Shown one piece after another: positions 7,772 to 15,211 of a DNA stretch of 24,000 nucleotides. The notes under the pieces were generated by a model. That model was not told the origin of the DNA, did no database searches, and was given only the letters and a program-made list of their open reading frames with translations. The translations under genes and the position numbers were made by a program. The stretch lies in contig CAYOJG010000010.1 in assembly GCA_964404265.1 (NCBI GenBank), positions 15,411 to 39,410 on the forward strand, given 5' to 3'. Position 1 is the first letter of the stretch, and each line of letters starts with the position of its first letter. The DNA is from an uncultured Desulfurococcaceae archaeon. GTDB lineage: Archaea; Thermoproteota; Thermoprotei_A; Sulfolobales; NBVN01.

Positions 7772-8262
7772 TCTATAGGGTTGAGGTCAGGGGGTTTGTG
7801 AAGAACACTTACTTAAGTGTGCTTAAGGCTGTTGAAAACATTGAGCATAAAGTGTACTATAATCCTGAAAGCAGTGTGCTTAAAGTCATATTCTTGGCTG
7901 GGTCTTTAAGGGAGCTGGAAGGGATTCCTGACTCCCTCCTTGATGAGGTAGGTTTCTGCAGGGGAAGGGTATATGTAATTATTCATTCCCTTAGCAGGGA
8001 GGAAGCGGGCACGCTGAGGAAGACCTTAGCGCGAGCGGGCCGTTGCCTAGGAAGCTCTGTCACTAGATGCATCATTGAGTTGGGCGGCAAATGGTTCGGT
8101 GCAGTGTTCAGGGAAGGCAGGATTATTACCTACCTTCTCCCGGAAGGGGTGACGGGTTCTCTTCCCGAGTCCTTCGAGAGCCTTTCCTGGACGGAGTGCA
8201 GAGGTTTGAGAAATAGGCTGCGGTGGGTGAGTGAATTCGTTAACTTATTAGGCGTGCGGTAA
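7762..8262 (+). CDS. hypothetical protein, translationally coupled to the Lhr helicase
   Basis: 166-codon ORF. Its ATG lies inside the last codons of the helicase gene (10-nt overlap, ATGCGAGTAG). Composition resembles neighbouring genes. I recognise no family motif. Confidence 0.55.
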   Translation: MRVVYRVEVRGFVKNTYLSVLKAVENIEHKVYYNPESSVLKVIFLAGSLRELEGIPDSLLDEVGFCRGRVYVIIHSLSREEAGTLRKTLARAGRCLGSSVTRCIIELGGKWFGAVFREGRIITYLLPEGVTGSLPESFESLSWTECRGLRNRLRWVSEFVNLLGVR

Positions 8263-8285
8263 GTAGGTGTTGTTGAGGAATCAGT

Positions 8286-8564
8286 ATGGAGCTAGGGGTC
8301 AGCGGTCTTAAGGCCTTGGCCGGGGTGTTGTTCGGCATCCTAATGACTATCATAACACCCCTCATTAAGGGTGTTCTCACATACCCGGTAGGTGATGGTG
8401 TTCTTTTAGCGGTCTTCTTCCTTAACTATCTTGCGGCATCACTCATTCTTCAGTACGTATTCCGTAAAGGTGATTTGAAGAAAGGGGTAATGGTTTTCTA
8501 CGGAATTGAGTTTGCTTCATGGATAGTTACCTATGAGGCATACTACCGCCTATTCCTTTCTTAG
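8286..8564 (+). CDS. small integral membrane protein (about three hydrophobic segments)
   Basis: 92-aa ORF with hydrophobic stretches ALAGVLFGILMTIITPLI, GVLLAVFFLNYLAASLILQYV and VMVFYGIEFASWIVTY. Co-oriented with and close to its flanking genes. Confidence 0.5.
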   Translation: MELGVSGLKALAGVLFGILMTIITPLIKGVLTYPVGDGVLLAVFFLNYLAASLILQYVFRKGDLKKGVMVFYGIEFASWIVTYEAYYRLFLS

Positions 8565-8576
8565 GGTGAGGAGTTA

Positions 8577-9116
8577 TTGCGGGACTATGAGGACGTGTTG
8601 GAGTGGTATGAGTCCATAGCGCCTTCCTATGATGAGCTTTACTCAGCCGAGCAGAGGGGGAAGTATAGGGAAGCTTTTAGGTATCTGGAGGATGTTGATG
8701 GTAAGGTTGTTTATGATTTGGGTTGCGGTACATCGGAATTTCTTCTCTACCTCTCGAAGAAAGACAGGATTAAAGCGTATGTAGGTCTAGACATATCACT
8801 TAATCTGTTGGTGAGGGCTGCGAATAAGGCTAAGGATCTCCCTACCCCCTCCTTCTTTGTGGCGGGAGATATTTCCAGCCCTCCATTCCGCGAAGGATCT
8901 GGAGACATAGCTGCAGCCTTCACGGTTCTGAGGTGCAGGGATGACTTAGAATTAGTCACTTCACGGATGAGGACCCTCCTCAGAAGAGGGGGGAGGCTTG
9001 TGGTGACTGTGCTGTGTGAGGAGGGTGCCGATTCTATTCCTCCCGGTTGGTGTAGGGGGAGCTTCAAAACACTGAACCGGAGGGAGGGGATGTGTGTGGA
9101 GGTGGTTGATGAGTGA
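8577..9116 (+). CDS. class I SAM-dependent methyltransferase
   Basis: SAM-binding motif I VYDLGCGTSEF, post-I acidic GLDIS and motif II-like FVAGDISSPPF. TTG start. The stop overlaps the start of the next gene. Confidence 0.75.
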   Translation: MRDYEDVLEWYESIAPSYDELYSAEQRGKYREAFRYLEDVDGKVVYDLGCGTSEFLLYLSKKDRIKAYVGLDISLNLLVRAANKAKDLPTPSFFVAGDISSPPFREGSGDIAAAFTVLRCRDDLELVTSRMRTLLRRGGRLVVTVLCEEGADSIPPGWCRGSFKTLNRREGMCVEVVDE

Positions 9117-11062
9117 GTGGGTTGAGGAGGAAGAACTCCCTCACCTCTCTGGATGTGGCGGTACTGGTTGAGGAGCTTAACCAAGTGCTGGGCGGTGGAC
9201 GCATAGATAATATATATGCTTCCGCCACGGGAGCTCTCCTATTCAAGGTTAGGGATAGAGAGGGCTCCCTCATCTACCTGCTGGTGGAGGAGGGTAGGAG
9301 GATCCATCTAACTAAATACATTGCTAAGGGGGAGTTGAGGGGGAGGATCCCTCTCTTCCGGAGGTTTCTTAGGGATGGCCAGGTTCAGGGGGTTAGGCAG
9401 TTCCGTTTCGAGAGAATAGCAGAGTTCTCTATTAGGAAGGGCGGTTCTTCACTCACTCTCGTCACTGAACTCATGCCTAGAGGTGTTGCGGTTGTTGTGG
9501 ATTCATCAGGGAAGGTTCTTGTGTCTAGTAAAGACCTTCACCTTAAGGATAGGGTCGTGAGGCCCGGGATTACCTATGAGCACCCACCGACATTTCCCGA
9601 CCCTAGGGAATTAGGGGTTGAGGAATGGCTTTCCCGGCTGGGAAGCGGCGGCACCTTAGGGAGGGCGCTTGTCAAGTCCCTTGGAATCCCTCCGGAGGTG
9701 GTTAACGAGTCCCTCCCTGAGGATATGCGTGCGTTACCTGTTGAGGGCCTGGATACAGACACTGTGAGGCAGGTTCGGGAGAAGGTGTTAGGGTTCATCG
9801 CCAATGTACTAAGAAACCCGTCCCCCGTAGTGGTTCTATGCGGGGAAGACCCTATAGGTTTCTACCCCTTCAGACCCTCCATAATTCCTGAAGGTTGTGA
9901 GGTTAAGAACTTCCAATCAATGAATGAGGCCGTCGACGAATTCTTCTCCTCACTACTCAGGAGGTCAGGGGTCGGTAGTGGTGAGGTCGGGGAGGAGGGT
10001 AGGGCGAGGAGGACTTTGGAGAAGGCGTTAAGGAATCTTGCCAGCAGTAGGGAGGCGCTTAAGAGGCACGTTAAGGAGCTTGAGCTTTTTGAAAGGAACT
10101 ACGCCGTGCTTGAGGATGTGTGGAGATGTGTGAGAAGAGTTGTTAAGGATGAGGGCTGGGGGAAGGTTCCTGAGGCATGTGGTGTTGAGGCATACGACCC
10201 CAGTAAAGGAGTTTTCTCTGTCAAGGCCGGGGACTCCTTAATCACCCTCACAGTTAAGTCGAGTGTTAAGGAGCAGTACTTCGAGCTTAGGAGGAGGGTG
10301 GCTTCCCTAAGGAAGAAGATCGTTAGGGCAGAGGAGGCGGTTAAGGAGCTTGAAGCCAAGCTTAAGGAGGCTGAGGAGGCTAGGATGAGGGAGGAGGAGC
10401 GGAAGACCCTCGTAATGAGGCGCGAGTGGTATTCTCAGTACCACTGGATCAGGACTTCTTCGGGATTCATTGCGGTGGGCGGTAAGGACGCTCAGCAGAA
10501 TGAGAAGGTTGTGAGGAAGTACCTCACACCTAAAGACATCTTTATCCATGCGGATGTTAGGGGAGCTTCAGTATTCGTGGTTAAGTGTGGAGGCTCCCTC
10601 CCGCCTGAGGAGGATTTGAGGGAGGTGGGGACTCTTGCAGTGTCCTACAGCCGGGCATGGAGGGAAGGTGTGGGGGCTCTGGACGCATACTGGGTTTGGG
10701 GGGAGCAGGTGAGTAAGTCACCGCCTCCCGGACAGTTTCTGCCCACCGGCTCCTTCATGGTTTACGGTAGGAAGAACTTCCTGAGAGGCCTCAGGCTTGA
10801 GCTGAGTATAGCCTTAAGGATTACAGGAGACTCCACCTACGAAGTAGTTATAGGGCCTCCACACTATGTTAAAGGTCTTGAAGGGGTTAAGGCCTACGTA
10901 ACCATAGTTCCTGGAGACAGGAGCAGGGCGAGTGTGGCTAAGGAATTCATTAACTTAGTGTCTGGACTTCCCTACAGGTTCATAGGTCTAAGCCCGGACG
11001 AGTTAATGGCTAGGATTCCGGGCGAGAGCAGAATTATCGACAGGTTTGTTGCCGCGGATTAA
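9113..11062 (+). CDS. NFACT family protein (FbpA/Rqc2/NEMF-like; NFACT-N plus coiled coil plus NFACT-R/DUF814)
   Basis: N-terminus LTSLDVAVLVEELNQ.LGGGRIDNIY matches the NFACT-N pattern. There is a central Glu/Lys/Arg coiled coil (VRAEEAVKELEAKLKEAEEARMREEE). The DUF814-like segment is WIRTSSGFIAVGGKDAQQNEKVV...DIFIHADVRGASVFVV. About 649 aa, as in archaeal homologues. Confidence 0.85.
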   Translation: MSGLRRKNSLTSLDVAVLVEELNQVLGGGRIDNIYASATGALLFKVRDREGSLIYLLVEEGRRIHLTKYIAKGELRGRIPLFRRFLRDGQVQGVRQFRFERIAEFSIRKGGSSLTLVTELMPRGVAVVVDSSGKVLVSSKDLHLKDRVVRPGITYEHPPTFPDPRELGVEEWLSRLGSGGTLGRALVKSLGIPPEVVNESLPEDMRALPVEGLDTDTVRQVREKVLGFIANVLRNPSPVVVLCGEDPIGFYPFRPSIIPEGCEVKNFQSMNEAVDEFFSSLLRRSGVGSGEVGEEGRARRTLEKALRNLASSREALKRHVKELELFERNYAVLEDVWRCVRRVVKDEGWGKVPEACGVEAYDPSKGVFSVKAGDSLITLTVKSSVKEQYFELRRRVASLRKKIVRAEEAVKELEAKLKEAEEARMREEERKTLVMRREWYSQYHWIRTSSGFIAVGGKDAQQNEKVVRKYLTPKDIFIHADVRGASVFVVKCGGSLPPEEDLREVGTLAVSYSRAWREGVGALDAYWVWGEQVSKSPPPGQFLPTGSFMVYGRKNFLRGLRLELSIALRITGDSTYEVVIGPPHYVKGLEGVKAYVTIVPGDRSRASVAKEFINLVSGLPYRFIGLSPDELMARIPGESRIIDRFVAAD

Positions 11063-11103
11063 ACGAATAAAATGCTTGAATCTAACATTATATTGGTGTA
11101 ACA

Positions 11104-11904
11104 TTGCGTGTTAAGTCATTTCTAGATCCTCACTACCCTAAGGTATCTCCTGAGGATCTTCTCACTCACGCCCGCGCGGTTTTCCGGGATCTCGCCCTCA
11201 GAATGCTCCCTGTGGTTAACAGGGAAAGGAAGCTTGAGGGCGTGCTCACCAGGGAGTCAGTCCTTGCCCTATCATCCACACGCTCCAACGCGTTAGTTAG
11301 GGACGTTATGGATAATCCTCCCCTCAGCTTCAAGCCGGATGAGGATGCCTTCAAGGCTTTCGAGGTTATGATAGAGTTCGACGAGTGGTATGTTCCGGTC
11401 GTGGATGAGGCGAGGGGGAGGTTTCAGGGTATTCTCTCGCTGGATTCCTTCCTGCGGTATGTTATTAGGAGGGATCATCCGGCCCACTCAACACCTGTGG
11501 AGGAGGTTATGAGTAGGGAGGTCGAGTTCTTCACTCCGGAGGAGTTTATTGCTAAGGTGTGGAGGAAAATGACGCAGCTGAGGTTCAGCGGATTCCCTGT
11601 GGTTAAGGGGAAGAACAGGGTTGTTGTGGGTATTATAACGCAGCACGACCTGCTTAGGAAAGGGTATACTCGGATAGAGCTGGAGTCGGACTCCGGCCCC
11701 AGGCCTGGGCCTAAAGTGAAGGAAGCCATGAACTCTCCGGCAATCACTGTTAATTTGAAGGGAACGCTGAAGGACGCTACCTTCCTAATGGTTAAGCATG
11801 ATATTGGCAGGATCCCGGTGGTTAATGATAAGGGAGAGTTGCAGGGACTTATTGACAGGAGCGATGCCTGCTCTTTTTACCTTAAGTCCGGAGGTTCTCG
11901 TTAG
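11104..11904 (+). CDS. CBS domain protein (four CBS motifs, no other domain), paralogue A
   Basis: Four repeats of the CBS pattern, for example LPVVNRERKLEGVLT, VPVVDEARGRFQGILS, FPVVKGKNRVVVGIIT and IPVVNDKGELQGLID. TTG start, uncertain. Confidence 0.8.
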   Translation: MRVKSFLDPHYPKVSPEDLLTHARAVFRDLALRMLPVVNRERKLEGVLTRESVLALSSTRSNALVRDVMDNPPLSFKPDEDAFKAFEVMIEFDEWYVPVVDEARGRFQGILSLDSFLRYVIRRDHPAHSTPVEEVMSREVEFFTPEEFIAKVWRKMTQLRFSGFPVVKGKNRVVVGIITQHDLLRKGYTRIELESDSGPRPGPKVKEAMNSPAITVNLKGTLKDATFLMVKHDIGRIPVVNDKGELQGLIDRSDACSFYLKSGGSR

Positions 11905-11917
11905 GAGGTGGGATTAA

Positions 11918-12841
11918 TTGAAGGTTTATACTCCCCGCCGTGTGCGGGAAAGGAATAGGTGGTTGAGGAGCGATGGGAAGCCTAACTTCAGTTCACGGGT
12001 ACATGAGAAGCCGCCGGAGCTTGAACCCATATTGAGGAGGGACGCCCCTACAGCCACCTCATCCACAAACATTCTGAGGGTCTGTGAGCTAATGACTCAG
12101 GAAAGGGTTAGGCTAGTCCCGATAGTCACTCCCGATAATTCCGTGGAAGGAGTTGTCACAGGGATGGACATTATTGACTTCTTGGGCGGTGGACCGAAGC
12201 ATAGACTGGTTGAGAGCAGGGGCTACACACTCATCTATAAAGTTCTCGACATTCCTGTCGGGGAAATTATGGAGAAGAGGGCGATAGTGGCTGATGTGGA
12301 TATGAAGCTCACCGAGGTTCTGGAGCTCATGATTAGGGAGGGCGTGGGTGCACTGCCCGTCGTCAGTAAGAGAGGTTTTGAGGGGGTTATTACTGAGAGA
12401 GAGTTGATGAAGTACCTGGCCGGGAAGCCTGTGGGGGTTAAGGTGGGTGAGGTCATGACTAAGGAAGTCATTACTGTCCCCCAGAATCTAACAGTGCTTG
12501 ACGCGATGAAGCTAATGGTTGAGACGGGGGTGAGGAGGCTTCCAGTGACTGAGGACGGCGTGGTTAAGGGAATTCTGGTGTGGAGGGGTGTTGTGGACTA
12601 TGTGGGGACGCATAAGATATTCGAGGAGCTGAGCAGCCAGTCCATATTCGAGTTCTATTCCTTCCCAATAACTAAGGTTATGAGGAGGGAGGTGGTGACA
12701 GCTTCTGAGGATATGGATCTTGGGGACGCGGCGCAACTGATGTTTGACAGGAACGTGGGTTCCCTGCTGGTTACTGAGGACACTGTTCTGAAGGGGATCA
12801 TTACTGAGAGGGACATTATTTACGGGCTTGTGGCGAGGTGA
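11918..12841 (+). CDS. CBS domain protein (four CBS motifs), paralogue B, with a basic N-terminal extension
   Basis: CBS repeats LVPIVTPDNSVEGVVT, LPVVSKRGFEGVIT, LPVTEDGVVKGIL and LLVTEDTVLKGIIT. The first ~45 aa (from TTG 11918) are Arg/Lys-rich, so the true start may be further downstream. Confidence 0.75.
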   Translation: MKVYTPRRVRERNRWLRSDGKPNFSSRVHEKPPELEPILRRDAPTATSSTNILRVCELMTQERVRLVPIVTPDNSVEGVVTGMDIIDFLGGGPKHRLVESRGYTLIYKVLDIPVGEIMEKRAIVADVDMKLTEVLELMIREGVGALPVVSKRGFEGVITERELMKYLAGKPVGVKVGEVMTKEVITVPQNLTVLDAMKLMVETGVRRLPVTEDGVVKGILVWRGVVDYVGTHKIFEELSSQSIFEFYSFPITKVMRREVVTASEDMDLGDAAQLMFDRNVGSLLVTEDTVLKGIITERDIIYGLVAR

Positions 12842-13698
12842 ATGAGATGCCTCCAAGAGTATCGACATATATGAGCAGGCCTGTCATTACCGCAACGAAG
12901 AACGACAGTCTGGCCCACGTCAGGAACCTCATGATTAGGCACAAGATAGGGAAGGTCGTCATAACTGATGATAAAGGTAGGGAAATTCTCGGTATAATAA
13001 GTAAGAGTGACTTCGTCAGAATTGTGTATAATAGGAAGCGATACGTTAAGCCTCTATCAGCGATAATGGCCTACGAAATAATGACTACGCCTGTATACGC
13101 GATTCATGACAGTAAAACCATTAAGGCAGCTGCGCAGGCCATGCTTAAGAGGGGTATCGGTTCCCTAGTTATTCTGGATCCTGAAGGTGTTCCGGAAGGC
13201 ATAATCACTAAGGCGGACCTTGTTAGGGCATTTGCAGAGAGGTACTTCGGCCATTTCAAGGTGAGTGAATTCATGAGTGAGAAGGTTCCTGTGGTCCATC
13301 TTACTCACAGCCTTTACTACGTGATTGACCTCATGAACGATTCCGGGTTAGGGAAGGTCGTGGTTACGGAAGGGAATAAACCGATAGGCGTCATAACGAA
13401 GTCGGACATAATGTTCCTCAATATCGAGATGACTATAAGGAGGAGGGTTAAGTACTATAAGAAGGCCGGGATTGTTGGAAGAGGTTTTGAGGGTTCCGTC
13501 AGGTTCTACACCATTCCGCTGGCAGGGGACCTAATGACTCCTGACCCGATAACCGCCAGGCCGTCTGACGATCTTGCCCTAGCCGCCGACGTGATGGTGA
13601 AGAACCGTATAGGGACTCTACCAATCGTTGATGAGCACGGTTATTTAGTCGGCCTCCTCACAAAGAAGGACATAATTAAGGCTTTAAGGAGGGTGTGA
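12838..13698 (+). CDS. CBS domain protein (four CBS motifs), paralogue C
   Basis: CBS repeats KVVITDDKGREILGIIS, LVILDPEGVPEGIIT, KVVVTEGNKPIGVIT and LPIVDEHGYLVGLLT. The GTGA start/stop overlaps paralogue B. Confidence 0.85.
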   Translation: MNEMPPRVSTYMSRPVITATKNDSLAHVRNLMIRHKIGKVVITDDKGREILGIISKSDFVRIVYNRKRYVKPLSAIMAYEIMTTPVYAIHDSKTIKAAAQAMLKRGIGSLVILDPEGVPEGIITKADLVRAFAERYFGHFKVSEFMSEKVPVVHLTHSLYYVIDLMNDSGLGKVVVTEGNKPIGVITKSDIMFLNIEMTIRRRVKYYKKAGIVGRGFEGSVRFYTIPLAGDLMTPDPITARPSDDLALAADVMVKNRIGTLPIVDEHGYLVGLLTKKDIIKALRRV

Positions 13699-14504
13699 GG
13701 TTGAGCCTCGACTTTATGACCATTGGGGAGTTAGGGACGAAGGATTTCCTACGCGTCAATAAGAACGACTCCATCTCTGGTGTAATTAAGGAGATGAGTA
13801 AGGAAGGTGTTGATAGGGCGTTAGTGTATTCTGACGATGAGCCTGAGGGTATAGTGACTAAGAAAGATATTGTGTCTAGGGTGGGCAGCAGTAGGAGGAG
13901 ACGTATACCCCCCTCATCACTGCATGTGTCCTCCTTCATGTCTTTCCCGCTGCTCATTCTTCCTGAGGACACTCTCATCAGTAAAGCGGCGAGAGTGATG
14001 CTGGATGCGGGCATTAGCAGTATTCCTGCTCACAGGAACCGTGAAGTAATCTCCCTGTTCAGCAAGTGGGATATTGCGAAGGTCCTCATTAAGGAGGCGT
14101 CTCCTATCGAGGACATTATGTCTAGGAAGGTTGTGTGGATCATGGAGGATGACTCCTTGATTAAGGCTAGGAAGCTTATGGTTGAGGGAGGACTGTCAAC
14201 ACTCCCAGTCATGAATGCAGACGGAAAGGTGATAGGGATACTTACTGTGACTGAGCTTATGGATGCGTTAATAGAGATTCTTGATGTTTTAGCGGAGTCG
14301 GGTGCTAGGGACGCCCTCAAAAGGATCAGGGTAGGGGAGATTATGAGGCCATTAATTCCTTCACTAAGGCCCGACGATGCTATAGGTATGGCTGCGGCGT
14401 TAATGATTGAGAAATCGATTAGGGGTGTGCTAGTAATGAATGAGGAGGGGGTTTTAGAGGGCTTAGTTACGCTCACTGACCTGACAAGGTTTGTGGTTAA
14501 GTAG
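13695..14504 (+). CDS. CBS domain protein (four CBS motifs), paralogue D
   Basis: CBS repeats ALVYSDDEPEGIVT, IPAHRNREVISLFS, LPVMNADGKVIGILT and VLVMNEEGVLEGLVT. The GTGA start/stop overlaps paralogue C. Confidence 0.85.
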   Translation: MRLSLDFMTIGELGTKDFLRVNKNDSISGVIKEMSKEGVDRALVYSDDEPEGIVTKKDIVSRVGSSRRRRIPPSSLHVSSFMSFPLLILPEDTLISKAARVMLDAGISSIPAHRNREVISLFSKWDIAKVLIKEASPIEDIMSRKVVWIMEDDSLIKARKLMVEGGLSTLPVMNADGKVIGILTVTELMDALIEILDVLAESGARDALKRIRVGEIMRPLIPSLRPDDAIGMAAALMIEKSIRGVLVMNEEGVLEGLVTLTDLTRFVVK

Positions 14505-14506
14505 TT

Positions 14507-15211
14507 TTATTCCTCCAGAACTCTTTTAGCTTCCTCAACCAGCTCTATCCCCTTACTAGCCCCTATGACGTCGGCGCCTGAAGCAAGCAGGATGGCTGCG
14601 TCCAAGGCCGTTCTGATACCGCCGGATGCCTTAACCCTTAACTCCTCGCCGACGGCCGACCTGATTATGTGTATGTCCCTCAGGTTAACACCCCTCGGCC
14701 CGAAGCCTGTATTGGTCTTAATGAAGTCGGCGCCAGAGGAAAGGACGAGCCTGGCCGCCTTCCTCAACTCCTCCTCACTCAGGATGCTTGTCTCAACAAT
14801 TATTTTAGTGCCTAGACCAAGCTCCTTACTGAACCCGACGAGTTCCCTAGCCTCATTCTCAACCTCCTCAAACCTGCCTGACTTAAGAAGCACTAAATTA
14901 ATCACTATATCCACTTCCTTACCTCCTCCCTCAGCAATAGCTTCAATATCCGCCTTCTTACTCTTCACCGGCTGGTAACCGTAAGGAAACCCAGCCACAC
15001 CTGCAACAGTCATGCTGGTTATTCCGGCCACGTACTTAACCATGAATGGAGGCACTACAAGAGCCCTGAATCCGTAGGGCTCAGACCTCTCAACAAACTT
15101 CTCATAGTCCTGAAGCCCCCTATCATACTTAAGCATGGTTTGGTCAATCCTTGACGCCAAACTAGTCAAGTAAGGGATAAGGTACTCACCCAACCTAAGC
15201 AATCCAATCAC
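14507..15211 (-). CDS. deoC: deoxyribose-phosphate aldolase (DERA)
   Basis: IDQTMLK near the N-terminus. Schiff-base lysine context ADFIKTNTGF and VKASGGIRT are typical of class I DERA. About 234 aa. The GTG start at 15211 overlaps the top6A stop by 17 nt. Confidence 0.85.
   Translation of the reverse strand: MIGLLRLGEYLIPYLTSLASRIDQTMLKYDRGLQDYEKFVERSEPYGFRALVVPPFMVKYVAGITSMTVAGVAGFPYGYQPVKSKKADIEAIAEGGGKEVDIVINLVLLKSGRFEEVENEARELVGFSKELGLGTKIIVETSILSEEELRKAARLVLSSGADFIKTNTGFGPRGVNLRDIHIIRSAVGEELRVKASGGIRTALDAAILLASGADVIGASKGIELVEEAKRVLEE

Noticed and set aside
8747-9184. 145-aa minus-strand ORF antisense to the methyltransferase and the NFACT start
   Set aside because: Low-complexity Ser/Pro/Leu-rich translation. 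The sense-strand genes carry recognisable motifs.
14030-14476. 148-aa minus-strand ORF antisense to CBS paralogue D
   Set aside because: Ser/Thr/Ile/Pro-rich low-complexity translation lying entirely inside a well-supported CBS gene on the other strand. This is a typical shadow ORF.
14565-14978. 137-aa plus-strand ORF antisense to deoC
   Set aside because: Ser/Leu/Pro/Thr-rich with no motif, fully nested in the DERA gene, whose motifs are clear. Shadow ORF.
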